From: Paragordius varius
Lineage: Eukaryota > Animalia > Nematomorpha
NCBI GenBank assembly: GCA_964247055.1
Contig: OZ176051.1
Span: 10,974,001 to 11,038,000 of the forward strand
DNA: 64,000 bases
Direction of reading: 5' to 3'
The notes under the pieces are model-generated. The model was given only the letters and a program-made list of their open reading frames with translations. It was not told the DNA's origin and ran no database searches. The position numbers and the translations under genes were made by a program. Position 1 is the first letter of the stretch; each line of letters starts with the position of its first letter. Shown here piece by piece: positions 50,641 to 64,000 of this stretch.

Positions 50641-51701
50641 GAAGATTCGCTATTTTAATAATAAATAATTTTCTATTACAAAATTAAAACCGACTTCTAA
50701 TATTTTTAAACTATGTGGCGGAAAATGTTTGATATATCTGAAAATTATATAGCAATTACATTGCATAGACAACCCTTGAAATGGTCAGCCACAATAAGCT
50801 TTTTTAAGCATGGCAAATTAGGCTTTATTAGTCAAGTTGATTTTAATTGAACGTTTTTAACAACAAACTCAAATTTATTTTTAGCTCTCTCAAAAAAAAA
50901 AAAACTCATTATTAATATAAAAAAAATAAGTTTAAGTTTTTAGCACAAATAATTTTATTATGCGGTACATAAAAATGATTATAATGCATAAATTTTGGTA
51001 GAATCAAAAAGCTCATATTACGCTTTTTGGAATGACCCGATTATTTGAAGAGAATATCCTTGTTAAAATAGCCTATAAACTTTCTACTCTGCACTATACC
51101 ACTAAGCAAACTAAATTGAAGTTTACTATAAAGCTATGATTTGAATCACCGTAAAACTGACTTTCATTTATGATTTGAAAGCTCGAAAAATAAATGAACC
51201 TTAAAACTCTACCAGAATAAATATTTTTAGGGATAATTTAAATTTTGGATTTTGTTTGTTGTTTATTATATTTATTTAACACCTAAGCCTTTTAATATTA
51301 GAAAATGCATAGCAATCAATGATCAGCTGTTTTAGAGTTTCGCTCTTTCGCATATATTGATTGCTTTTATATGGCCTTGGTTAACCAAGTTTAGGGTTTT
51401 AGTGCCCATCCTATACTATTTTAAAAATTTGATTCACTCAAAACGTATAACCGTCACTTAAAATTTAACTCTCGGATTAAATAAATAAAAATATGTATTT
51501 TTAATACATTACGTATTTACTGGCATATACTTTTATTGATTGCAAAATTTCTATAAAAAGACAATAGGTTTGAAATCAAAGCAGAAACAAATCAATGATT
51601 ACTTATAACAACAATCTTGCCTCAAACAAAACAAAGAATGTAAATTACTATAAAATTCATTATCACTCCAATGTTTGGGTAAAATTAATTTTATATTGTT
51701 T

Positions 51702-52402
51702 TTAATTTTCGAGGGCAAGTCGTTGTCGGTGTATGGATGTTGTATTAAAAAGGGCGGATAAAAAAAATTTACCTTTTATTAAATAGAATTTAATTCTTCG
51801 ACCACAAAGAAAAGATAAGGAGTGTCGATGGCTCAATTTTCTCCACCAGTTTAAATCCGGTATATGAAATTAATCATCACCAGTACCCAATGGTGTTACG
51901 AAACTAACTGTGTGATCAATGTGCGAAACTTTGACAATTTATTTTGGTTTCCCAATTTCTTTGCCAAACAGCAAATCCAATTTACTAATATGTATAAAAT
52001 TATATATCTTTCTATCCCATGCATAATAAAAAAGTGCAAACGTAACATCAAACAGAATAGTTATATGCATACCTTTTATGGCAAGTGAGTTCCTAGGAAA
52101 AAAGATTCATCATATTTAAATTGGTTTGAAGAAGGCAGGCTTACACTTCCAGTATGCTGTTGAAATTTACGTTTAGATATTTGAGGAAAAAACGTTGGGA
52201 TGTGTCTTAAGTGTGCTTCATGACGATTAGTGCCATTATAAATAGGGATTATGTATATCGTTTTGTGTTTTTTTTGTTATCGAATTATGACGACTCTAGG
52301 TCTGGTTTCTTTATAGACACCTGTCTGATATTTGATTACCTTCCAGATAACATTAGAACAGGCACACCATATTTTCCATTATAAAAATCTGACACCAATA
52401 TT
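51702..52402 (-). pseudogene. Serpin-like pseudogene C (exons 3-4 only, heavily decayed)
   Basis: TGTAG|A-ILVSDFYNGKYGVPVLMLSGR and KLDLLFGKE...VTPLGTGD...DTPYLFFVVEEL fragments with stops and frameshifts; I see no exon 1-2 remnants. Confidence 0.8.
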
Positions 52403-53929
52403 CTACAAATATAATAGTATAGGGTGGATATTATGAGAATATAAAATTATAGAGTAATTTACTGGCTTATTGATAAATTATTCGCATATTTTGAATCAGT
52501 CAACATAAAATTATATTTGCCTGTACAAATATGAATTATTATATTAAATTTAGATTTGATTCAATCAGTTACAATTAAAACTCCATGCATTTTATACGCG
52601 ATGACATATTGGGGCATATATATATGCGGATTTTAATCTTGCAAAACTCTTTGGATGTTTTAATTAAAATTAATCATACCTTGTTCTCCTCTATTAGTTA
52701 AAAAAGCTTACATTTTTTACAGTTTTGTAACTTCTAGACATTAAAAACAAGAATACAAAAACAGCTGATTTTTAAACAATAATTATCAAGATTTTGGTAA
52801 AATGCAACCTGAAAGCTTACACTAATGTTGTAACCATAATATACATTTGTTTGCCTTTTGTATTGGCAATATAAAAAATTAAAGAAAAAATGGCGGATAT
52901 CTGAAAAAAAATTATTCTAACAGCTAACATTCAATCAGTTAGGGTTTATCGATAATTTTTGGGATTTAACATTTAACTAATTTTCAAAATTAAAAGTTTT
53001 AGATAAAGGCCATGTTTATATCATAAAAAATGCGAAAAACTGCATCTTAAGAATGGTAGTTGGTCATTTAAATAATTTTGACGTAAAAGTTATTTGTTTA
53101 TATAGTCAAAATTTTCATTCCCATAAATAAGTCAAAATTTTCACAGAAAAACTTTAAAAAATCATATATATTCATTAAAATTATTAGGTTTAAACTAATA
53201 ATAAATTAAAAAAATCTTTTAAAAGTTTTTGGTTTGCTTTTTTAATATATCAAAATTATTTTACCTCGTGGATACTAAAATGTATAGTCATAACTCTAAA
53301 TTTATTACATAATCTTTAAAAAATAAAAATTAAACTTTGTTTGTCCTTAAATATCGAAATTATTAGAAATAAATTGATGTTGATGGGTATTTTTTTAAAA
53401 AAATAAAATTTAAAAAATGGCTGTTTTGAATGACAAAGCAACAAAAAAACGTTTCAATAAATGTGTTATTTTTAGACATTCCTTACCATCTAGACAAAGT
53501 TTAAGCTATTTTCATCCATCTCTATTTAAAATATAATAATTAAGAAAAACGCTCTCGCGGGTCTGTCCCTTCCTATGTCCAATATTAACTATCAATGTAA
53601 AACATATTAGTATGCTTATAGAGTTTGATTACTCTTTCGAATGATATATTACAAATGGGCATTTGTTTTATATTTTCAAAGTAGAACATTTTTTAGTAAA
53701 CTTTTATTAAAAAGGTCGCATACCAAAAAATTAAATTATACATAATTCATAGGTGGATTTAAATTATTTCGGATCCGTCAAAGTGATAATAAATATCAGA
53801 AAATGCAAAACACTCGGCAAAAAAATTTTTTGTCTAGTGTAATAGGCTGTTATTTGTTTAATAAATTAAATAACCCGTTTGCTGACGTATATTAAATGGG
53901 TTTAGAAAAATAGTTTTTTAACTATAACA

Positions 53930-54112
53930 TATATTTGTTGACATTAAACAAGATAAAGCCTGTTTAGGCTGTTTTAAATGCGTCAATTGATATATATTAT
54001 CATATAAAATTATCAAATTTACTAAATAAATATTGCAAAACCCTATAGCCACGTAAACAAAACCTGTCTTAAACCAAATATTACATCATTTAAAGGAATA
54101 TTATATAAGGTG
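53930..54112 (+). promoter_or_regulatory. Promoter modules conserved between serpin A and B (forkhead-like sites and TATA box)
   Basis: ATATTTGTTGACATTAAACAAGAT..AGCCTGT, AGGCTGTTTTAAATGCG and TTATATAAG (~50 nt before the ATG) are matched on the minus strand upstream of gene A at ~49732-49918. Confidence 0.55.
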
Positions 54113-54159
54113 ACAAAATATAAAACTAGTACATTTCTCTAAATTTTTACAAAATTACT

Positions 54160-56547
54160 ATGAAACTTCTAATAATTTTAAGTTTTTTACACATACTATA
54201 TGTGTCACACGGGATGGATGTGCCAAAGAAAAAGCCCAAATTCGATTTATTACGAGAGCAGGTAAAATAATTTTCTCATTTTTTATTTATTATTATTAGA
54301 TTAATAAAAACTATATATAATCTTCCATTATAAATTTAAGGCTATTCTAAGCAATCAAGTGTCACTGAAAGGTCCCTTAAAAAACACCCGAGTAGATTAC
54401 GTCTTCTCGCCTGCGGGCCTTCAACTGGGTCTTGGGTTGGTTCAATTTCTTTCGAGTTGTCCCAACACTATCAAAGGTCTGTTGCCTGAACCCGGCTGCA
54501 AAGAACTTAATACCATTTTAAAAACGATTCCGAATACCGGTCCCGGACTCACCCAACTGCGCATTTTGAATGAAATCCACATTGACGAAAATAAACACAG
54601 TGGACCCTTGACAGACCGAGTGGAAAAAAGGGCAAGATCATTATTTGAATCGCATTTCACTGGATACCGTGCATCAAAATATTCCGATTTTATTGGTTTA
54701 CTTAACGGGTTCTATATAAATTATTTTGGCAATCATTTCAAACGATTTCCGGAAACGGTCAAAGGAGATCTTAATACCAGCAGCATATTCTCAATTGGAG
54801 GTGGCATTTTTTTCAGGAGTCCTTGGCTAAAAATCTTTAACAGGTAAATTTTTTATTTCCGGGATATTTCAAAGAATGGATAAAAAGAAAAAATATTTTT
54901 CATTGTTGGATAGGATATTCTGGATACATTTAACTGAAATAAGAGAATGAATGCATCATTTATCTTTTACTTTTCAATTATTATTAAAAGTAAGATAAAA
55001 GAAAATGTGACGTATATGCTTTTTTATCTTTTATCTTTCCATCTATATATTTGTAATTCTGTAGTCGTATTACCAGTGGCGGAATTATAAATTGCCCCCC
55101 CCCCCCCCCCCAGCAAAATTGCCTCTGAAAAAACCCTTTATTAAGATAATGAAAAAATGCATTTTTCCCTTTTTCCTTTTAATCATTACTTTTTGCCAGT
55201 AAAATTACGATCAAACAATCATTACCTCATATACTGTTAAAAAAATTAACAAATTTTGCTTACCCCAAAATAAAAAGGGGGCCTAAAATTTATATTTCAA
55301 AAATGAAAAAAAGGCCCCTGTTTCAAAGGGTCGCTCCGCACTGCACCCCCTAACTTCAAGTAGATTCGCTACTCTGCATAACCTAACAGGATAAAAGATT
55401 GTTGTAAAAGAAATAATTTATATGAGAAGCGCTGATTTTATATGTTTTAAGTCAAAAGTACAGAATGTTTTTTAATATTTGTTATATTTTTTATAAACAC
55501 TATAAATATATATAAAAGAAAAGAAGTTTTAATTGGAACTTACTCTTTATTAACTCCAAGATAATATTTTTAAATGAATGTAGAATGGTGGTATCAACAT
55601 TTTTCAATGGAAAGTCTGGTGTTCCAGTTGCAATGTTATCTGGGAAAGGAATAAAATATCAATTAGGTGATTATAGAGAACTCAGATCCAGAGTCGTCAT
55701 AATCCCATATCAAAAAAAATATAAAATGATCTATTTAATACCGAATGACCATGATACTAATCGTCTTGAGACAACAATTAAGGCGTATCCCAACGTTTTT
55801 CACCAAATAACGAAACGCAAATTTAAACAGTATACAGGGAGTGTACGTGTGCCATCTATGGATCTTCAAACCAACTTAAATATGATGAACCTATTTTCCA
55901 AGGAACTTACCTGCCATCGAGAGTATGTATTTAATAACAATTTGGTAATAAAGAATTACCCATATATTAGAAATAATGCTTGTAGGATCGCAAATTACTA
56001 ATTTTGAGAAATTAATATAAAAGATTGACATCATACATTTTAGTTTGTCACCCAGTTAATTGCACATATTTTTTCAAATGTTTTAAAGAGATTTATATGA
56101 GAATAAGCGAAAAAAAACATCCAACTTCTCAATTTTGGGACGTATATCTGCCATTTTATTCTTTTTGTACAGTAATACCATAATGGATAAAAACTAACTA
56201 AAGTTGTGTTTGTTTTACAATATCTATATACATATATTTTTATATTTAGTAAATTAGATTTGCTCTTCGCCAAAGAAAAAGGAAGGCCCCAACAAATTGG
56301 AAAAATTTCGCACATTGATCACACAATTAAATTTTCCCTAACACCCTTGGGTACTGGTAATGATTATAATTATATACCGGATTTAAGGGCTCCTGAGGAA
56401 AAAGTGGATCTAGCCATCGAAACTCCTTATCTTTTCTTTGTGGTCGAAGAATTGAAATCTATTTTGATAAAAGGAAGATTCGCTAATCCGCCCTTTTTTG
56501 ATACAACAACCATACCACCGCCCACAACGATTCGCCCTCGAAAATGA
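54160..56547 (+). CDS. Divergent secreted serpin, probably non-inhibitory, 413 aa
   Basis: join(54160..54261,54341..54843,55584..55922,56250..56547) is 1242 nt with an open frame and signal peptide MKLLIILSFLHILYVSHG. Serpin landmarks: YVFSP, FFRSPWLKIF, VIIPY..MIYLIP, VRVPSMDL, ISHIDHTIKF..LGT and ETPYLFFVV...ILIKGRFANP. Confidence 0.85.
55074..55376 (+). mobile_element. Small hAT-like MITE in serpin intron 2
   Basis: Begins CAGTGGCGGAATT followed by a poly-C run and ends TAGATTCGCTACTCTG. It is absent from the homologous intron of paralog A, and no clean TSD is visible. Confidence 0.45.
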
Positions 56548-56841
56548 AATTTTAAAATATATTACAATAATGGAATAAATTACATAAATAATAATTAAAA
56601 CATGTAAATAAATTAAATTGATCCCGCTTAATTGCTTACCCTATATCTTTTTTGGGAGTAAAATAATGTGTCATATCTCGATTTATCATATTCGTATGCT
56701 TTTTACTGAATATAATATTTGTTTTCAACATAGGACTTTGGGCTTATTCGCATTTAAGTATCAAGCCAAATTTTAATGGCGATAATAGGTGTTTTTTTAC
56801 ACCATAAAGCAGCTTGACCAATTTGGGATAGGATATTTTCA

Positions 56842-56844
<3 letters not shown>

Positions 56845-56881
<37 letters not shown>
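56845..56881. repeat. (AT)n microsatellite
   Basis: Read directly from the sequence. Confidence 0.95.
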
Positions 56882-56884
<3 letters not shown>

Positions 56885-57307
56885 GATTATAATATATAAA
56901 TCATTTTTACAAAATCATACGTTCTTTTCTAACTAATTACAAATTGCATGGTAGTCTAAAGCAATTTGGAAATTGAATAAAAACACGTATACCTTCAGTA
57001 ATTCCATCATCGCTCAAAATTTATAAACAAAACAAGTTATTTGTAATAAAATGTATCTAAATTCTGGAGAAACTTATTTTTACAATATATTAAAGTGCCT
57101 TTATACCCAGTAGGAGGTTCTGCCACAGTTTATTTTTGATAGCGCTTCATGTTTAAAAAAGCGTCTGCAACCAATATTAATACCCTAGATAAAATTTTGG
57201 TCATGCGATTGAGATAGGGAATTAGTTTTATAAGTAGAAATTTTATAGGTGTCGTAATATATTATGCCATAAATATATGCCTGGTTGATTGGATACAAGA
57301 AGGTGTG

Positions 57308-57346
<39 letters not shown>
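57308..57346. repeat. Compound (AT)n(GT)n microsatellite
   Basis: Read directly from the sequence. Confidence 0.95.
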
Positions 57347-58099
57347 AGTACCCACAAAGGTCAGTTGATTATGTGTGGTTAATTGAGTAAAAGGTCAATC
57401 TATAAAGATCAATAGAAATTATAAAAGGTAAGATAATTGGTAAGTTAAATGTATATCACATCTCTTTTTACAGCTTTAATTGAGATTTGTATAGAGGCGG
57501 TTTTTTCTGCCATATCTTGTTTAAGAGGTCTATTTGTTAGTATTATTAATTTTTTAATAACCAAATGAGTCATTAGCTACTTGAACATCGGAAAAATTGT
57601 CTGGCTTATTATGAAAATTATTATCACGTCGACCGGGTAAACACCGGTGGTTTTGTATTTGACATAAGGGCTATTTAGAGATTGGTCTAGCTTGTCCGGC
57701 ATCTTACATCATCGTTATAGGAGCTACCATCCATTATTAACATTTTATTGTTACCCGTAACTACATTCTTATTTCCAGAGGTACGGCCACCATGGTAGTT
57801 CCTAACGTCACTATCCCTACCAACATTGTCATCGAGAAAGTTTCCACGACCATCAACCAACTCTGTAATTGCCATTGTCCGTTCTTGTTTTTAATTAATC
57901 AATATGCTTTCGTAGCTCTCTTCCTCTACCAGTCAGTACCTGTAGAAATAATAGACCGATTCAATCTATTACTATCCCTTCCTCCACCCTGTTTCTAACT
58001 CTCTTTTTAAAACACTTTATCGCCTTTAACAATCTCCTTGATATTATCCGGTGTATTTTCTATAAAATCCCTCGTACTATTCATTATCTAAGAAAAAGC

Positions 58100-61000
58100 T
58101 GTGGGTGTTTCATTTTTACCATAGTGGAATGATGACCTAGACACCCATAACGCTTGGTATCGTTTGCTGTGCTTAGCCTTTCAGAAACTAATGATTTGAA
58201 ATATCACTCCGTGTCGGTAAAAATCATATTTGCTGAGCCACGCCTGCCAAAACATCTTTTTAAACTTTCAGAATTTTTGAACTGTTGACTGTTTTTATTT
58301 GCTCTACTTCTACCCAACGTGTGCTGTGGTCTATTAATACATGGTGCGCAGCAAAAAACAAATGTTAATGAATCATATATCATTCTATTGCTATAAGCTT
58401 CGGGATAATGAATATCGAAATGATTTATGCGAAAATACTAAAAAAACAGTTGTTTTAATTTTTCTATTATTCGCCAAAATCAATAAAATCGCATTTTTAT
58501 TGTATGTTGGTTCAAATAAAATTGAATGCATTCGATGGAAACGCGTCAACTAAATTTTAATAAATAGCATAGGATAACTCTAAACGCAAAATGTTATCAA
58601 TGATTTTACATTCGGAGAGTCCTAGTATCTAGAATATAAGCAAAATATGCTTTGGCGTAAAGTTTGATGGATGAAAACTTGTTATGCGGTAAAAGATTTT
58701 AAAATTATATATTACTTCTATACATAGAGTTTACCCAATTAACACCTTTAAAAAAATTTAAGCCTCACATAAAAAAGAAAATGTTTCGATAATTTGCACT
58801 AAAGCTAGCTGCGTTTCATACATTTAAATATATATTATCGATATTTTCCATACATTTCAATGAAAAAATATCATCTCAGATTTTTGATTATTGAGAGTTT
58901 TCTAGAAAATCTGGATTATATATTTTTAGAGCCATCTTTAAATACCGCCTTTAAGACATGGAAATAAAACTTAGTCGATAGATCTATTTTTTGCATCGAA
59001 TCGTATGCAAAAAATATTTATATAATATAAATATATTGAATGTTTTGCAAAAATTATACGCAACTTCCGCTTTGGTGCAAATTATCGTAACATTTTCTTT
59101 TTATGTAAGGCTTAAATTTTTTTAAGGGTGTTATATTGGGTAAACTTATATATAGAATTGTTATATGATTTTTTTTATAAAAATTAAAATCTTTTACCGC
59201 ATAATATTTTATAATTAAAATTTGAGGCCAAAGTTAGTTTTTTTAGCTTAAGGATCTTGCAATCTATGTTGAACCCTATTCTTCTAAGTATTTGACAGAA
59301 AAAAAATAATGTTAAAAATTTTTTATTAAAAACACTATAAAGTAAAACGGATGCCTCACTTCTTGTTTCACTTTTATTTGAAGTATATTTACTTAATCTA
59401 ATACTCTATCAAATCATCCATTCCCTCAACAGTGGCATTAACTGCATGAATTCTAGCACTTCATCGGGAGTATATATTTTAATTGGTCCCATCTAATAGT
59501 TGAACATGAAAAAAAAGCTAGTTATTTTAAATTATTCCGAAACAAGTCACAACAATAACATCTTGTTTCGCTACCCTGACTCCTACTAAATTCAATGAAT
59601 GATTGTCACAATTGACAAATATTACTCTTTTGTTTTATTTCCAGAATCCTTTGTTGAACGCCTGAAATGTGACCCGACACCACAACTGCATTCTCATAGC
59701 ATTGAGATCTACAATTTGATAACTGAATATTATCCATATTTAAATTTCTAAATTACCTTTTTAATTGACATTGCATCTTTGTTGAATAACTGAAAAACCC
59801 AAAGGATTTATTTATGACAACTTTTTTTTTCTCATAATCAATAAACACATACCCGACAACTTGAGAACATTGTTCTCGTGGACTATAATAATACTTTTTT
59901 TATGTCATCGATCAATTTAGCTTTAACTATTGAAGCTAAAAGATGTATAAACTCTGGATTTTGGGTGAAACATAGGATAAAGTGTTAGGAGATTCAATGT
60001 TTTTCATGTGTTCTCCCATTATCGGGTCAAATTTACAAGTTTTAGTAAAGCTAAGAGTTTCCAGGATATGGTGCTGAGTCATCTAGATACATACTTTCAA
60101 CATGTCCTCGAAAAATGTTTGGGTGATAATTTCGCCATCGATTCTTTTCCGATTAAGTGAGCTTCTAGCGCAAAATAAATTCCTATTTTATTTATTAATC
60201 TTCTTTCTGCCTCTTTCCAAGTAGTAAATGCTTTCCGATGATTGAAGCTATTTTCATGATGGATTAAATTATCTTTTTGCTCCATTTACTAAAACCATGC
60301 GCAGTTATAAAAGATGATGGTAAAGAATTAGATCGATCAAAAAGTAGGCAACAAAAATACCAAGGTCTGTTCTTTGGTGAATATAAAAGCCAAGACCTCT
60401 CAACTTCATATCCTTCTTTTTTACCGACCCGTCGAAAAAACCAAGATTGGGGCATTAAACGATGATTTTTGTTTCAAAGATATTGCATTTATTTTGAAAT
60501 CCATGAGATCCACGAATAATAATTTCTGTGCGAAGTTGATTAAATATTACGATTATTATAATAAATAAAAAGGCGACATCATTAAACCCTATAGGTATAG
60601 CGCTTGGAATTACTAATGGTATATTTGTAGTTTTCTCATCTCTATTTATTGGATCAATAACTTGGGTTTCAGGTGTATGTAGGTTGTTATTATTAAGGGG
60701 TACCGTTATGTTCGTGTCACAACTTTTTTTAATGTTATGGTCAGATATTTTCGTTTAATAAGATTTTATACTTATTCGCATTTTATTTGTTTTCTCCCTG
60801 GATTTTTCGTTTCCTATTTGCGTAACCGCTGAGTTTAGGCATTGATATCTGATGAAAATGAAAGTAATTATAATAAATACAAAAACCTACCTTGTTAGAG
60901 ATGATCTTGGGGATTTAAATGAATAAAATTGGAATTTATTGAATATCATTAAAATAAAAATATAAATTATAAGTTTAATAGATAAGGTTTTGAACAGAGA

Positions 61001-61326
61001 GAGAATTTAAAATAATTTAATTGAAGGCATTAAAAGAATCAACAATATGTACGTGATAAAAAACGTTTTTTAAGCGATAAGTTTACTTTAAGGGAATACC
61101 TACATGAAAGTTGTAGTTTGCATAATGTTTGCTCTTGATCTCCATATAATTTTTATATTATTTTATGGATTATTGCGTAAATTGATGAAAAATCTTACTT
61201 GAAAGTTGTCATTATTTTTGGATAATTTAAATTTAATTTAAAAAAATTATATAGGCGCCCCTAAATAACAGCGCCTGGGGCATAATGCACCCCCTTGCCC
61301 CCCCCCCCCCCATCGGTACGCCACTG
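58100..61326 (-). mobile_element. Decayed hAT DNA transposon (ZMYM1-like/TTF zinc-finger transposase), 3' part lost
   Basis: Terminus CAGTGGCGTA at 61326. The TTF finger reads ERSWLLYSPK...YFCCLLF...GFSKW...HENSFNHRKAFTTW, followed by YVSPKIQ-EFIHLLA and CYDN motifs; there are many disruptions. Confidence 0.75.
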
Positions 61327-61519
61327 CAAATATTTTATTTGGAAGTAGATAAACATATCATCCAATCCATTCAAATACAAAAGCGAGGTTTATCTTAGTT
61401 GTGTTAACCTTGGCTATATTATTTATGGACAATTATAATGATTCTCTCTATAATGTGTATATCATTATTATCATAAACATTTATATTAAAATTTATAGAG
61501 TTTAATTTAGCTTCCCTAG

Positions 61520-62575
61520 GCACCATGTTTCATTGTTTATTAACGATATAGCTGCACCCTAACATTTCGACACAGGTGAGGTCATTTATTTAATATTTAT
61601 ACATACCTAATTTTGCACAAGGCAGCGAAATGATGTAATCTATGATACCGGTAACATACTTTGAAATGCAAGCCACGTGTACTGATGGAGTGACCACATT
61701 CATGGTTTGTTCGTTGTGGATGGGGAGAGGGGGGAAGGCATAATTCCACTTCATCAATTGATCGTGTAGATATCATTGTTCACTATTATAATTTATTATA
61801 AATCTACTTTCGCCGTATCAAAACTCCACGTGGGAGTTCTTATAGGCTAGAATGGATTATCGCGCTTAAGCTTGCCTGATGGTCGTGACCGAGGGCTTTA
61901 AGATGCCGGAATAAGAATCATGTATTAATTTTTTTAAGTCTCACTATTATTATTACCTTGGAAATTACACGTTTGCGCAATTGTTTCTGTTCTAACTAAA
62001 TATTTCTCTCCAGGATACCTTTAAGCTCTAAAAAAATTAAAGTTTGATAATAATGTTTTTTGGATCAGTTTCCGTTCCGCGGGAAATGGTAATGAACTAA
62101 TAAGAGGCATAAGCGGGCTGAAAGAAAATAACTCTAGGCAGAATTGTTATCCCGGTATCCTAAAGCCCTTGATCACAGCCAGCAGGTAGACTTAAAAAGA
62201 ACAATCAACCGTAGCTTATAAGAATCCCCACGTGGAGTCGATACGTCGAGGGTTGGAACTTTAAAAATAAAGATAGTGAAAATAATTATTATAAATTGAT
62301 AGAAGATAATGATATCTAAACGACCAATAAAAGAAATAGAAGCCTTCCACCCCCTTCACCCACAATAAAACCTGTGTTAATGTGGTCACTACCATCAGTA
62401 TAGACCATGCCTTGCATGCAACAAAGAATGTTACCGATACCATACTGTATACCATTTTGCTGCTTAAATAATAGGTATGTAAATAATTTCTTCAAATTTA
62501 AGTTTTATAAACAAAACTCGTGTCGAAATGTGGCACGGAAGCAGATATATCGTTAATCAACTATGAAAATTGGTG
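61520..62575. mobile_element. ~1.05-kb imperfect palindromic (foldback/MITE) element
   Basis: The arms pair by eye: TACTGATGGAGTGACCACATT with AATGTGGTCACTACCATCAGTA, CTCCACGTGGGA with CCCACGTGGAG, and ACATTTCGACAC with GTGTCGAAATGT. Confidence 0.75.
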
Positions 62576-63199
62576 GGATAAAGAACCTAAAATACCTATT
62601 ATTTTGTAAACAAATCCATGTGATAATAATTATATCACATCATAGGGAAAATTACTGTACAAGTGTCCATAAATTATATAGCCAAGCTTATCACCTATTA
62701 TGTAATATTCAACCTCCATCTTATTTTTGCGATGGATTGGATTGATCTATATGATAATCTACTTCCAAATATTTGTTCATGCTTTAATTAACATTGATAA
62801 CATTTAAAATTTTTATCTGGTATAATAAATTCCCCGCCTCAAAATTTTTTCATATATGTTACATTATAATTTAATATTATTTTTTTGAATAAACTTATAC
62901 TCCTTTAATTTTCAAAAGCAAATCGCATTGTAGTTTGAAACAGGTTGGAAGCCGTATATAAAAAAATATATATTTTTTATAAGATACTTACTTCTAAGCC
63001 ATTCCGTCACCCCCCAAAATTGTAATATATTATTGACAAAGCAAAAAATTTTTAACAAATCATATTAATATTCTGTAGTGCTCCTTGTTTAAGAAAGACT
63101 GCAATTAATTTATAAGATTAATCCTAGCTTTTATAAATCTTGTTTAAATTTTCGCATGCGATATTACATTCTGGAATTAAAATAATAAATAAAAACGAG

Positions 63200-64000
63200 T
63201 ATTTACAATAAATAACCTTATACTTACCTAAAAATAACCATTTAAAAGTTACTTCAGCTAAGTTATTTAACTCTTAGATTTTTGTAATCTCTTCACGAAA
63301 CCTGGTAATATTAGCAAACTTAGCAAATACTTATTGGCTAGAAAATATCGTCAGTTTTAACCAAATCAAGAAGTCCAAGTGTATTTTAGAAGTCTGCTAA
63401 TGATATTTGGTGATAAAATATTTATACACTTTACACAAAAAACAATCCCGAATTTATTTGATAGATAAATGTTTCATAATTTTCATGGTTCTTTTGGTTT
63501 GGGGCTTGCATGTACTATATAAGTTCTTCATATCAGAAAATGGCAAATATGCTAACTATATTTTTTTGGTGAGAGTAAAGGCTTCCATCCAAAAAATATT
63601 ATATTAATAATAAACCTTATTTTAGATGTGGGCTCCGAAAGTCCCGAATTTTTGGTAAATTTTATCAAAAAGGATGTTAAAGTGGCGAGATTTTGCTATA
63701 ACGATTTAAAATATAATCCAGATTATATATATATATATATTATACAAACAATAATTATAATTCCATTCCATGTTGGATTTTCCTTTATATTGAGTTTATT
63801 TTACAGCTCACATGTTTCAACAATTTCTAAATCCATTTCTAAGCTTCGCCAATATACAAATTGATTCGCTTGTTGTTTCATCGATTGCAATCCGTTAAGC
63901 CCATGTAAGAATTTTATTATGCCTAGCTGTAAGGTTGTCTGTCTTAGTAATCTATCATTCATAAATAGAGGAATATTATATATTTTAATTTCATTTTTAA
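63200..64000 (-). mobile_element. Gypsy integrase remnant (continues beyond the window)
   Basis: MNDRLL...LH...MKQQANQFVYWRSLEMDLEIVETCEL* matches the integrase HHCC region and is interrupted by stops. Confidence 0.55.

Noticed and set aside
55560-55583. Upstream acceptor (CCAAG, 55560) for serpin B exon 3, implying a frameshift
   Set aside because: It gives AGA TAA. The TGTAG acceptor at 55583 keeps the frame and is conserved in paralog C.
57500-58100. Gly/Asn/Asp-rich minus-strand ORF fragments (57687-57875)
   Set aside because: They are short, bounded by stops and without splice or family signal. This is probably a decayed retroelement, but I cannot assign it.
63407-63864. Plus-strand hydrophobic ORFs near the window end
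   Set aside because: They are low-complexity AT-rich frames opposite a gypsy integrase remnant and include a microsatellite.

Overview
This is AT-rich animal (invertebrate) nuclear DNA; it is not prokaryotic, and I found no CRISPR arrays, rRNA or recognisable tRNA genes. The core is a tightly packed, alternating-strand gene cluster: RPS3 (-), small Maf bZIP (+), TTC19 (-), a P2X receptor (+) and a cuticlin/dusky-type ZP-domain membrane protein (-). A cluster of very divergent secreted serpins follows, with one intact copy and two pseudogenes. I rebuilt the exon structures by hand, and each intact multi-exon model sums to a whole number of codons. The most unusual result is five well-supported GT-AG introns of only 21-32 nt, in genes that also carry 2-kb transposon-filled introns. 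The remaining sequence is transposon-derived. It includes a four-level nest at 4.6-12.8 kb (palindromic TIR element > Ty3/gypsy > foldback > Helitron) and a Helitron family whose internal ~450-500 bp unit has expanded into satellite-like arrays at 37.9-42.4 kb. There are also TTAA-flanked and TA-flanked MITEs, and decayed RTE-LINE, hAT and gypsy remnants. A cuticlin-like ZP gene together with a retained P2X gene suggests an ecdysozoan other than an insect or a C. elegans-like nematode, for example a nematomorph; this is inference only. Coordinates were counted by eye, and the boundaries of decayed elements are approximate.
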